The notes under the pieces are model-generated. The model was given only the letters and a program-made list of their open reading frames with translations, was not told the origin of the DNA and made no database searches. A program made the position numbers and the translations under genes. From NCBI GenBank assembly GCA_037447605.1, contig CM074804.1, forward strand, positions 4,131,909 to 4,195,908: a DNA stretch of 64,000 nt, given 5' to 3'. Below are positions 1 to 11,423 of the stretch, one piece after another; the stretch's first letter is position 1, and each line of letters opens with the position of its first letter. This stretch comes from Zygnema circumcarinatum SAG 698-1b (lineage: Eukaryota > Plantae > Zygnematophyceae).

Positions 1-185
1 GAGAGAGGGGTGGCAGGAGAGGAATTCGGGAATGCCACAGATGAAAAAAAAAAAAGCTTGACCTACGCTTTGCCTTCTCCCTCTCCTTTTCTTTCAAGAA
101 TAGGTCACATCCTGCTTTGTTTTTGGATGGACGATTAGCCAGCTTTGACGGGAGTTTGAATTCGCTGTTTTTCTATCGCTGCCAG

Positions 186-913
186 AAAGCAGCCTATTTG
201 TGCTGTTACAAATGTTTCGATGATGGAAAGCGGTCAAGGGAGTCCCTGCAGCATTGTCTTCAAAGCTGCCGGCAAGACGTGGAGAGAACTGAAGCAGTCA
301 TAAACTCAGAGCTCAGCAGGTTCCAGGTACTTCTTGCCTACCTCGTGAATCAGAAGAAATGAAACGACAATTGAAAGATTAAAGGGTCACGTCATGTTTT
401 TATTCGGTGCCTCCTGCATCTCTCTCCTTCTCACTCTCAACCACTCCCACTCTCGCTCGTTCGCATGTCGTGGAATGGCTTGGAGAAGATCGCCAGTCCT
501 TCCTCTCCTTCTGCCCCTCCCTACTGTCCCCTCTACTCTCGTCCTCTTCCTCCACATTGTCATGCTCCCTCCGTTCCCCCTTTCAAAATGACGTTGTTGG
601 AAACAGTCATCTGTACGGCGGCGGTACTTGCAGACATTCGATATTATTAATTATGCAATCCTGTTTGTTAGGCTTCCATTTTCACTCCTCCTTTCTCTGT
701 TTGACGAGTTTGCAGGAACGGTTGCAAAGGTGTGCTTTAGGGTGTCAGGACAAGGCCCAGGCCGCGTACTCCCCCAACCCTCTGCAGGGCAGTGCCGGCG
801 CTGAGGAGGAGGTGCGCCGCAAGCTGGAGGGCTGCGTGTGGAGGTGCGCAGATGAGGAGCTGCGAGCTCTGCCGCAAATGTCAGAGCGGATCAAGTATCA
901 ATCAAGAAGCTGA
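186..913 (+). CDS. FAM136A / DUF842 family protein (last two exons; 5' exon lies upstream of the window)
   Basis: Exons 186-326 (CAG|AAAGCA...TTCCAG|GT) and 716-913 splice in frame to KAAYLCCYKCFDD...LQHCLQSC...SELSRFQ/ERLQRCALGCQDK...LEGCVWRCADE. This is the paired CX3C pattern typical of FAM136A/DUF842. Confidence 0.8.
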
Positions 914-1136
914 GGCAACATTTATTGGACCAGTTTTCGAGCACTCTCGGCTTTTCTCCCTTTTCAACAGGTTGAGCGAATGTTGAAAGTCAATTCTTTT
1001 TCAAAAAAGAAATCGAAGTAGAAATAGGGCACAAAGTAGAGTTATAGCGGCTGAAACCACCCAAAATTTTGTCAAGGATTGGAGAGGACGTGCTTTCCAG
1101 CTATGGCTGCTTGTGAAGTGGGTTTAGTTTCGGAGT

Positions 1137-1344
1137 CAGGGCGGCCCCAGGATTTTAGTTCAAGGGAGGCTGAGATCCAATATTTTAGGTTTTTCGGGGG
1201 CGCTGACCAGTAAGCTAGGAAAAAATAAACTGAAATTCGAGTGTTTTTTGCTATTCAATCTTCAGAGGCGATCAGCGACTACCAGCTTTTAAAAATCTGA
1301 GGCGGGCTGAGCCCTCCTCACGCAACCGTGGGTTCACTACCCTG
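1137..1344. mobile_element. Possible degenerate hAT-type MITE
   Basis: Begins CAGGGCGGCCCCAGG and ends GGGTTCACTACCCTG (CAGGG...CCCTG termini) around an AT-rich core. No convincing 8-bp TSD. Confidence 0.3.
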
Positions 1345-1580
1345 TTCAGTTGGCCTTTACGAAGAGATTAGGCGAATGGGATTGGCTTCTAGAAGGACCC
1401 ATAGCCTCGATTGTTGAACTCATGCTTCCAGAGAAAGGAGCCACTCAATGTCTTGTCCATGAATTCTCAGTATGTTCGGAGAGACGTGACAACTTGTCTC
1501 ACAAAAAACATTTCGATGTCATCTTTAACTTATCTTGAAATCATTTGGAAGTCCGTGAACCATGAACTACCAGGGAACTC

Positions 1581-1697
1581 CATGCATGCATGCATGCATG
1601 CACTCCGGCGCGCAGTGACAGGACGCGCCTCGCCTCGTCTCGCCGCACACGTTGCTGTCCTGTACAGGTCAAGGTCCGCTGACGTGGCAGGCACGTG
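1581..1697 (+). promoter_or_regulatory. RY repeat (CATG)5 plus ABRE/G-box motifs upstream of a GC-rich island
   Basis: CATGCATGCATGCATGCATGCA at 1581-1602, ACGTGGC at 1682-1688, CACGTG at 1692-1697. Followed by a CpG-rich island at ~1780-1990. Confidence 0.35.
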
Positions 1698-3096
1698 TCG
1701 CCACCCCAATGGCTGTATTGTCGTTGGACCCACTTGGCGCAACGATTGCCGTCCATGTTTTCTGGATCTGACGGCTGTGAGTGCGCGCTAGGGCGCGTCG
1801 GTTGACCCGCGACGGGGAGAGGCGGAGCCGGCGAGGCCGTTCGCGCCCGCCCGCCTGCCCGGCCGCGTCTTCTTGGAGCCGCCTCGCCCTGCAGCGCGCC
1901 CTGCCCTGCCCTGCGGGTCTGCTCGAGCGCGCTGCGGCGGAGGATTGGGAGCGCGGTGAGGGAGGGAGGGAGGGAGGGAGGGCTGGGGACCGTCCTCCAT
2001 ATTAGGAAGAATAGTGTTTCTTTAGTGTGCTGCCGCTGCGAGACTAATTTTTTTCGTTTCTTACGTTTGTTTGACTGGCTGGAATTCGCTGCATTCCGGA
2101 TTTTCCGCGCAAGCCTCTTGCAAAATTCGTGTAGTGTAGTTAGTGGACAGGATGGGTGGCGGGGGGGGTAGTTTTTGCGACAAGCAAGAAGTTGAACTGT
2201 GACGTTGAGCATCGTCAATGTTTGTACTTGATACTGAACATATGAGGCTGGTAAAATGTTTATGTTTGGTGGAAAAACCGAAATATAAGACTTCCATTGG
2301 AACTCGAGCACTGGAGCCCACCTGAGATGAGGGCTTCACGAACAATCGAGAACAGCAATACAATCTTTTGTTGTTTTCTTTGTATTCGATCAGTCTTCGC
2401 ATTGTTATTTTTTAGTTTCCTTCACCTGTACCCGTCCTGTAATAGATTCAGAACATGCATATGTTGTATATGTGGTTTATTTTATAGAATTTGGATAGAT
2501 TGGTTCTTCTGTAAGGACTTAAACTCTACCTCTAAAGGTTGTCGAGCCTGAAACATTGCTCTGTGTAAGTCCATCATGCGTAGGATTTGCTACTCAGCTT
2601 ACCGAGGTGCGCGATTCAGGACTAAAAACTGAGAATATGGGTCAGTAAGTGTAGATCCGCAGTCGTCGGGCTCTCTCCTTGTGAAGATGGTTCTGGTTTT
2701 TTGCACGAGAAAACTGGCAACTCAGGCACCACCCCTTGACGTGGCATAAGTTAAATGAACTTTTTGGAATGGAGGTGCAGGGAGCTTTGTGCGAAGGCTG
2801 ACAGCGGGATGGACATGCCGAGTGTACCGCTGACGAGATTGACATAGAAAACCGGGAATCCGAGCATCGAGGCTTCTGTCTCTGAGAATACAGCAAAGAG
2901 GAAGAAAATACTAAGAAGAGTCATTGTACGAAGGCGATCAGAATGCGACAGTTTGATTGCAGTGTTGTTGCCATGTTTGAAGTCAACTCCAATTTCCAGT
3001 TTAACAAATACTCAATATGGCACACGTGAATGGCATGCTGTGTCTTGTGGTTGTGGCCACCATGAGTTAGTTTTCTCTCTGTGGTGATTGTTTCAG

Positions 3097-4790
3097 ATGG
3101 AGGAGGAATCAGAGAAGGAGAAACTCGTGAGAGCTCTTTGTGAATTGAAGCAGAGGCGACAACACTTGCAAGGCGACCGAGATTCTAAATGGCATCCGAA
3201 GGTGGATATTGCGGATTCAGAAGATTTGCACCTTGGTGGTTCATTTCCTGTTTCAGTTCAGGAGATGCAGATGGAGTTAGAATGGAACCTGCATGAATTA
3301 CAGTTGCAGAAGATATCTGTCGCATCAGGGCATCGAAAAGTAGTGTACGATCAACTGGAGCTTTTGAGAGAAAGGCAGCTGTTCCTGTTGGAAGTTGAGG
3401 TGACAAGAAAACGGTTACAGAGTGAAAAAGAAGCTGCTCATAACGCGGCTGCGGAAGCGAGAAGACGGTTGGAGAGAGAGAGGGAGATGATGCTCCACGA
3501 AATGAAGGAGAAAAGGTTGCAGATCAAGGAGAAAACGAATCGTCTTGAAGCGCACGTTATCGAGATGAAAAGAGCTGCAGAGCAGGAGCGGATAAAGATT
3601 GAGAGAGAAGTAGAAGTGAAGAAGGCAATTACAGCAGTGGAAAGGGAGCTCGCTCTAGAAGAAGTGAGACAAGAGAAGGCGAAGATTAGAAAAGCATGGC
3701 AAGCTATAGAAGAACAGCAAAGGGAGCTGGAAAACAGTGGGCAAAAAACTGTGCAGTTAAGGGATTTAGGAGAAAGCGAGATAAACGGCATGAAGGTGGC
3801 TGTGAACGGTGGAGACAACACTACTCAAGAACTCAAGCAGATTGAAAATAATGGTGTAGTCAGTTGTGAAGAGATGAATAAGGATTTGAAGCTTGAGTTA
3901 TCTGACGACGAGCGGACGGCATCGATGCACGAGGAAGAAGATTTGACGTCTTTTTCATCCACGGAGGATGACAGTGCTTCTACTGCCACTGTCACGTCAC
4001 AAACGGAGGGTGGATCGCAGGTATGGGCGTAATCTTACATCGTTAAGAAAACGAACAAGGAAAAATCGTCACAGTTTCTCAGAGTGTCGCTGCCCTTTAG
4101 ATTCAAATGCATCCATGCAGCCATGACTTGCATCAAAAGTCCATGTGCAGAAACATTTGGTGAGAAATTTCGAGAGTCTGACGTAAATGCATGCTCCTTG
4201 TGATGAATCTACTTCTGTGGTTCTGGCAGGTTTCAGTTTTGTTAGAAAAGAAGGCCGACCTGAGGGAAAAGAAATCCGCTCTCGAATTGCAGCTCCAACA
4301 ACTGGCCGCGTGTCGCAATGGCATGAAGACTGAGCTTGTGGAGCTCCTGGAGGAGCTGCAGGACCTGCAAAACCAACGGGACATCATTGCGGAACAAAGG
4401 GCGCAGGCGAAGGAAGTGGAGCTTCAAACAGATATCTCTTCCCAGCAAACCGACAGCCAAAATGGAGAAAGCTTTGACACTGACGCAACAGAGCTTTCGT
4501 CACCGTTGAGTTTCATTTCTTCTCAAACAACCACTCCCGAACAGAAAGGCGAGCATGGCATGCACCGCGGAGCACTTGTTGACGGAGGGATGGGAGGGGC
4601 CGTGGGAGGAGGGAAAGGGTTCTCCAAGAAGGGAAAGAAGGCGGGGCATCGCGGTGGATCGGCCGGGTGGATCCGGAGGTGGAGTCGACTCTTCACGGTC
4701 GGGGGTCGGGATATTGGTGGCGGGCAGCCAAAGGGGAAGTATGGTACTGTGGTGCAGGAACCTTGCAGTGTGGTGGTTGAAGTCAATTGA
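3097..4790 (+). CDS. Coiled-coil protein of unknown function (~494 aa, 2 coding exons)
   Basis: Exons 3097-4020 (TTTCAG|ATG ... CAG|GTATGG) and 4230-4790 join in frame. E/K/R/L-rich heptad sequence, acidic Ser/Thr linker and Gly/Lys-rich C-terminus. No family recognised. Confidence 0.7.
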
Positions 4791-5921
4791 AAGCAGTCTG
4801 GTATTTTCACTATGACTGAACTCTCCTTACTTATTTTGTTATTATTTCATACACTGGAAACCACTCGAAGTCGTCAGGGGAGGAGAGGGATTTTGCAAGC
4901 GAGTGAGAGCTTGAAGAAGCTGCTTGCATAAGACGTAGCATAGTCCATCGGTATTGCATAATTGGAGGGCCTTATTATGGTACTTCTGCATTTACAAGAT
5001 GCGGTGTGGGCGGTTCCCTGCCATACTGTCGGTCTCTTGTTGTTGATCAATGGCGTCGTCCTTTGTAGGAGGAAGTCATGTTCAAATGTAAATGTTGACT
5101 CCGTTTGCTGTTGGGATTTTTTTGAGGGTGACTGGATGGGAAGAGTTTACTATTCAGACAGTTGTTTAAAAAAGATAAAGAAAGATGTTTTATGCATAGA
5201 CTGTAAGTAGAGAATTTAGCACAAAAATCGGCAGACAATCGAGTGTGAAATACCGAGAGGGGAAGATATGCCATGTCATAAGTGGCTCACTACAACAATA
5301 ACCCGTTTCTCAGCCCGACCTGCGCTCTCCATTTACAATCAGTAACATTACAGGTTCTGTAGCATGGCACTATCTCCCTGTTGACAGTTTTCAAGGCCAT
5401 CCAAAAAAAACACGGAAAATTTATCTATTGCACAAGCTGACGAATGCCACTTCTTGCGTCACGGACGAGTATGTGAATATGAGATAGATGATAAGAAAAA
5501 CAATCGAAAATAGAAACTCAAAAAAATTCCTTTTAGCACACACAAAAATGTTATCAAGATGCTACATCGTTTTACACATTCTCATTTTTAAAAAATAAAA
5601 AATGGAACGAAAAAAACGAAAGTAACATTCTCTTATCTTTACGACCGCTATCTTCACTGTGCAGCCGCGCCAGCTTGGTGCTTCAAGCGACTTCGTCAAA
5701 CGAGAAGTTTAACTGGCCTTATTTCATGAACAACACTCTCGAACATTCCTGAGCCGGATACATTTCTCAGGACCTTCCAGAACCTTCCATGCTCCATGCC
5801 ACGCAGCACCCCTCACAACATTGAAGGCAAGTTTTAAGGGTTCAACTCAATGGCGTGCAGATGCAGGACTGAAGAAGCGCTCCTCTTCAAGTCAAGCTCC
5901 AATATTTGACCCAACTTAACC

Positions 5922-8900
5922 CTACTTCCACTTAACATAGGAAAAGATGTAAGTCGTTACGGAGCGAGGCGTCATAGAAATCTGCAACTTCGAGGGGAGC
6001 TTTATTGTTCTTCTGACAACCAACTTGTGCCGCTCCCGAAGTGAAGTCCTGTATGCCGCATAGCGTGTCTGTTTCCCTGGAACAGTTGCAAACTTGATAT
6101 TCACAGTGAAGGTTTGGGCCCCCTTCAAATAATTAGCTGCTATTATGACCAACCTCTTAAACCTAGCCGAGTACGTCACAAGCAGCCCCATTTGGCACGA
6201 GGAGTGCACTTGCAAAGGAACGTCTCCCTTCCGTACCCATTTGGAGAACTGCATCATGACATAGTACTGGGGTCGAATCCGGTATACGAAAGGGGTCCTT
6301 GAATAAGTGAATGTGGAAAAAATAAGTCCCCAGTAAGGCTCCCTCCCGAACTCCTCCACCGCTTGCCAATAGACCCATGCAGATGCATGAAGGATGTTTA
6401 TGTCCATCATCACAAATCGTGCCATCCCGAGGGCTATGTCCATCTCAGAGCCTCTCATACTGTACGGACCCCACTCCGATACCCAAAATTTCTTCTTCTC
6501 GGTGGCAGCAATACCCGCTAGGGAGGACCGGTAGCGGATTTGCTTCCATGCATCAGTCATGACTTTTCTAGACTCGTAAGTATGCACGTTGTATTGTGAG
6601 ATTAACGCTTTAGTTTTCTTGCTCAGGTAGTCCGAATACAGCCTCGGAGTGTTTTTACCCAACGAATCAGCTGCCGAGATTTTCGTTGGCAACCTTTTCG
6701 CTCTGAGCTTGGAGGCGAGCACGGGAATAAATCTGTCAATAGACGTCCCATTGAAATTGCATCCTTCCTGAACCCCTCCCGCTAACCAGCCCCCCTCAGT
6801 CGGTTCATTGAAAGGCTCCAATGTCCGAAAAGTTATCCCCCACTTTGTACGAAACTGACGGACTACATCTGTTAAGTAGTCTGCAAACGCTCCATAATCC
6901 CTGGGATGTAAATTATCTTCATACCGTTTGGCTGAACCTGTAAAATCTTTGCTAATGGTCATCCATGCTGGAGGAGAATTTGAATACGCTTCAATGATGG
7001 TTGCTCCCCTCTGTTTTGCCCCAGCAAGCATCACTCTCTGGTTGGAATCACTCCCCCAGTCATAGGGAGATGCTCGCGTCCACTTGTAACCTGGAATTGC
7101 GCGAAACTTGTATTGTCCACTTTGAAAACGAGACACGTTCGAGTATCCCCCTCCGCCAATGTTGTATCTCACAATGTTGAACCCCAGGCCCGCTGTGCCG
7201 CTGAATATAAGATCAAGAAGCCGGTTTCTTCGGTCAGCGGGAAGCCCCCCTGCCCAATTTGCCCACCTGCAGAAACCGGACGTGCTAAACATGATTAGCT
7301 TGAGTGTGTGTGAGTGTCTGAGTGAGAGAGAGAGAGAGGGAGGGAGGAGACAGTAGCCACCAAACTAATTGGTCTGCAACAGAGCGAACAAATGGAGTGA
7401 GAAGAGAGGAAGGGGAGGATGAGGAGAGAGGAGCAGGCGACAGCAGGGAGACAGTGTGACTGAAGGCGAGTAGAAGGGTCTTCTCAGGGAGAGGGGGATC
7501 ATCATCATCATCATATGGTGTCCAGGAAAGGACAAAGCAGCGTTGAGTGTCATCACTGACTTTCAAGCCATCGTCAAGAAGAGAAACATGGCAAGTTTTC
7601 CGGTCACGAGCGAGAAGCGGTCCAAGCATGTCAGCCAGAAAATGATTACAAGGAATTGAGTGACTTATTTCCCTCTCTCGTCCTCCCTCCCCACATACAT
7701 TTCTCACTTTTCTCATTCACACCCCAGGGATGTGAAATAGCGAAGATGAATGGAACATGCAAATAGAAAGCTAATCCCGCAAAAGGCTCATTTAAGGGGC
7801 TGCTAAGACTTTCCTACCTAGCACTCCAAGAAAGAATGCATACATAAGAATATCCCCAATACACTTCGATGCTGGGACCCACTTTCTTTCTTGTTGATCT
7901 CAACAAGAAAGAAAGAGTAAGGCAATGCTGCACATTAGCGGTTGCAGTAACCAAAGGAAATATAGTTCATGCTAAAGCATCATCAAGAAAAATCACGAAA
8001 TGAAATGGATTGCGAACCGGCAGCAACTCCAGTCTGTTACGAAAATGTCACTTAGTATTCTGTGAAGGTATGTATATGTCAGGCAAGTCACACGAACGTC
8101 AGAAAGCTTTATACGCTTCCACACCTTTTTCCAAAAAGAGTGGAAGTAACACTTCGGGAACTGTAAACCGCAGGGCTTAAGGTCAAGCAAGAGTGTACGG
8201 ATGATGTCATGATGTACCTGCTTTCCTTTGTGCAGAGCATAGAATGAAACTCTCATCTTATCACATTATTTATAATGTTATATTGCATTGCGATAGGTTC
8301 TTTATGCGGGTTTTATACCCTTGTCTCTCAACCTAGGCCTAAACTATTACAGCGAAACAAGCAACCCCAAAAACGGAAACCACAAAAACTTAGACAGAAA
8401 GACATGACAACTTACCAACCTAGAGAAGTTCCCCAACCATCCCACGTTACACCAAGTGTCTTCGCTTCAATTATCACATTCCCTGCACATTTGCGCTTGG
8501 ATATATATATAAATAAAAAGGAGCGACCAATCACCCAGAACACTTCACACAATAATGAAGAGTTCCAAAATATTGAATTTGTGATTTTTCTCAATTCAAT
8601 TGGTGAATTTCTCCTGTGTGCGAATCTCTCAGTTAATGATGAAGGTAAAGCCCACTTCAATGTTCTTACAAAGAACCCTGGTTTCCCCTCCCTGTGTTGT
8701 TCAATGTTTACACCGTATCTCTGTTCGTCTGTTGTCCCATAAAGCAGGGCATAGGTTACGCAAGGACAGACACATGCATTTGCTGTCCATGCGACAATGC
8801 TTGATATCTCAAAAACGGAAAAGTAAAAAGAAGAAGCGGAGGGCTTAACGTTTGAAGGAGAGAAAAGAGGAGGCTCAGACCTGCAACGTCTCCGCAGGTT

Positions 8901-9022
8901 CTAACTTCCGGCGGATCCGCTGAAATAGTAGAAATCGCGGAAAGAAGAACGGCGATCAATAGGAAAATACGTGAAGATGCATTCTGGCGACTAGATGGCA
9001 ACATATTTTGAGAACGAAACAT
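5922..9022 (-). CDS. Secreted glycoside hydrolase family 30, subfamily 5-like (endo-beta-1,6-galactanase)
   Basis: Exons 9022 (or 9004)-8881 (signal peptide IFLLIAVLLSAISTISA), 8482-8416 and 7266-5922 splice in phase. They give WDGWGTSLGW/WA, GLGFNIVRYNIGGG, EAYSNSPPAWMT, LEPFNEP (acid/base Glu), QEGC and VSEWG (nucleophile Glu), which are characteristic GH30_5 motifs. Confidence 0.85.
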
Positions 9023-9819
9023 AAATAAGGCGAGTGAAATATGAGAGACGACTCTGTTCTCTACTAAACCTCGGTTTTCGGGAAGAAACTGAGGAGACGT
9101 AACAGAGATAGCCCTAATTCACTGCCGAGGCTCAGAGGGACGAAGAAAGATGAAACTAAAATAATGCCCTTAATATATGATATGCGAAAAAGGGAGCAAA
9201 CGGATCAAATCAGGGCTTGCAATGAAATGCTTTCCGTGGGAGCATGGAACCGGCTTTGCAAAGAATAGGGAGATTCATGCTGCCTGCTGCAGGAGGAGTG
9301 GGTGAGAGAGGGAGTGAGCAGGAAAGAGCGGGAGAGAGAGGGAGAGGGAGAGAGAGGGAGAGAGGGCGAGAGAGGGAGAGAGGGGAGCGGGAGAGATCGG
9401 GAGAGAACGCGAGAGATAGCGGCAGCCGCCATTTAGGGTTAGGCTCGCAGCGCATCTCGCGGCCTCGCTCTGAAAGGCGGGCCGCGGGCGGGCGGGGGGG
9501 CGGCCAGGCGGGCCATCGCCGGGATTTCAAAAATTAACGAACAGCTGAAAATATTTACCTGGGCAGATGTGGACTGCCCTCAAAATGTTCCCCACCCATC
9601 GCTACCGATAATGTTTTTTGAGAAAATTCGCAAATCGATGGACGGATTCTATGATAGATTTCAATGCCGAATAACTGACTCGGGCAGCCCGCCGCCCGCA
9701 AACGAATCTCAAACTAATGACAGTCGTGGTCCGTATCCCTCCACCGACATTGAACTCGCGGGGCTTGACCGACCGCCGGCCCCCAAGTGGCGTCCCGTCC
9801 TGCGTCCTCGCCTTGCGGC

Positions 9820-10156
9820 GCCACGTGGCAGTCACCCCCCGGGCCCACGTCAGCCACCGACAGATCGGTGGCGCCGGTAGCGCCGGCCGCCGTCCGCAGA
9901 TCGCGGGGTGGGGTCATGGTCAATGCGGTCAACTCGCGGCGCGCGGTCCAATCGAAGAGCGATGAGCGACGTCTGACAAGTGCGATGAATCCGGTATACA
10001 CGTGCAAGGCCGGCCTGCTGTTGGTGGAAAGCGCTGAGTGGTCGCTTGAGAGCTGCTGCTTGACACGTGTAAGTCGTTGGATGGTCGGCTTGTACCGCTC
10101 ACAATGCAGCGCTGCAGTTGCACAAAACTGCGCATGTAAGCATGCATGCATGCATG
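9820..10156 (-). promoter_or_regulatory. G-box/ABRE cluster plus RY repeat upstream of the GH30 gene
   Basis: GCCACGTGGC at 9820-9829, CCACGTCAG at ~9845, CACGTG at 9999-10004 and 10064-10069, (CATG)4 at 10141-10156. Lies in a CpG-rich island 5' of the CT-rich leader (9205-9430). Confidence 0.35.
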
Positions 10157-10242
10157 ATGGCTATAGGTCCGTATGTATCGAACGCGTATATAATACGCCG
10201 TATAATACGTGCGTATTATACGATTTTTAAAAATACAGGGTG

Positions 10243-10783
10243 ATGATGTTTGATTGAACTCACGATGGCAAGGCCATCAAATGTACATGGATAAAATCGA
10301 CATAGGGAACCAAAAGAAGCGGTCACAATGGACATAAGGACAAAGAGGAAGCCTCGAAACGGAAATCAACTTCTAGGCTCAACAACACGGCACTAGAAGC
10401 AGCCGCGAAGGTCGCCAATATGGGGCGCAGCACGCGCAGAAAGGGGCGGAAGGCCACCGGGACGAGTCCCAACAATTGCTGCACGTCGAAGGATGGTGGA
10501 AGCAAGACACCGCTGTAACGCGACGGAAATGCGCTGTCGATAAAAAGTTGCAAGGATCGCTGGGGGAGGGCTGCCGGGGCCGTGCATCTGAAAGGAGCGG
10601 TGGGCGCATTGGCGAAGGAAGACATCCAACCGAGCATCAAGCGAAAATTTCGATCGCCAACGGAACAAACTTATCGGCCGAGTCGCGGTGAGCATACGCG
10701 CGGTCCTTACGAACAGCAGCGCAACGACGCCCTCGTGGTGCTCGTGGTGTGCGGCACGGGATAACATAGCACGGCGAGTCGCC
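10243..10783 (-). mobile_element. 5'-truncated CRE-like (RLE endonuclease) non-LTR retrotransposon relic, copy A
   Basis: The minus strand, with 2 frameshifts, reads ATRRAMLSRAA..GVVA/AAVRKDRAYAHRDSADKFVPLAIEIF/LDARLDVFLRQCAHR...ILATFYRQRISVALQRCLASTILRRAA...GCF*. This matches the K-x3-Y...F-x-P-x-A-x-E...QRxSxALQR C-terminus of RLE domains. A ~150-bp 3'UTR follows. Confidence 0.8.
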
Positions 10784-11423
10784 GTATTTTTAAAAGTGTA
10801 TATATATGTATTTAACGTATTTTCTTTTGATTTCTCGCTAATTCAACGTAGATTGATTACTGTACTGTATAAGCCAACTAGCACCTCAACACGTGTGACT
10901 GGCTCGTACATAATTCTCGTACGAGACAATTTTTTCAAATTTTTTTCTCTCTCGTGTTCTCGCGACTGCTTCTAGGCCTGCGTTGTTGTGCCCAGTCGTA
11001 ATTTACCGCTCCTACCTTCATTTTATTGTGTTTCGGTCCTTTGTGACCAATCCTTCGTGGTTCCACATTTTGCTTTTATCAATGGCCTCGCCATCGCGAA
11101 TTCAATGAAAAAGTTCCCACCTATAATGATGGCCGCATGCATGCATTGCTATTATTTGCACACGCCATTGCTGTACCACAAGGTGAGATGGCGTTTAAAG
11201 CACAAGTTACGAACCAACAATGCAATCCACACCAAGCCAAACCAATCCACCTAGTTGGCTGCTGCTCATAGTGTGAGTTCAAATTCTCCGCCCATGCTTG
11301 TCTGTTTTCGCCCCATCCTGGACTACTGTATGTACAACTCATGCGGCGCCCTGGCCTTTCGGCGCAACCCTACTGTTCGTGGCAAGCAGGAACTGCAAAT
11401 GCAACGGTCTCCTATCCGCGTCA

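Noticed and set aside
10222-10797. TTTTAAAAATAC inverted match flanking CRE copy A, suggesting Pack-type capture
   Set aside because: Short, AT-rich and near-palindromic, with no TSD; likely chance.
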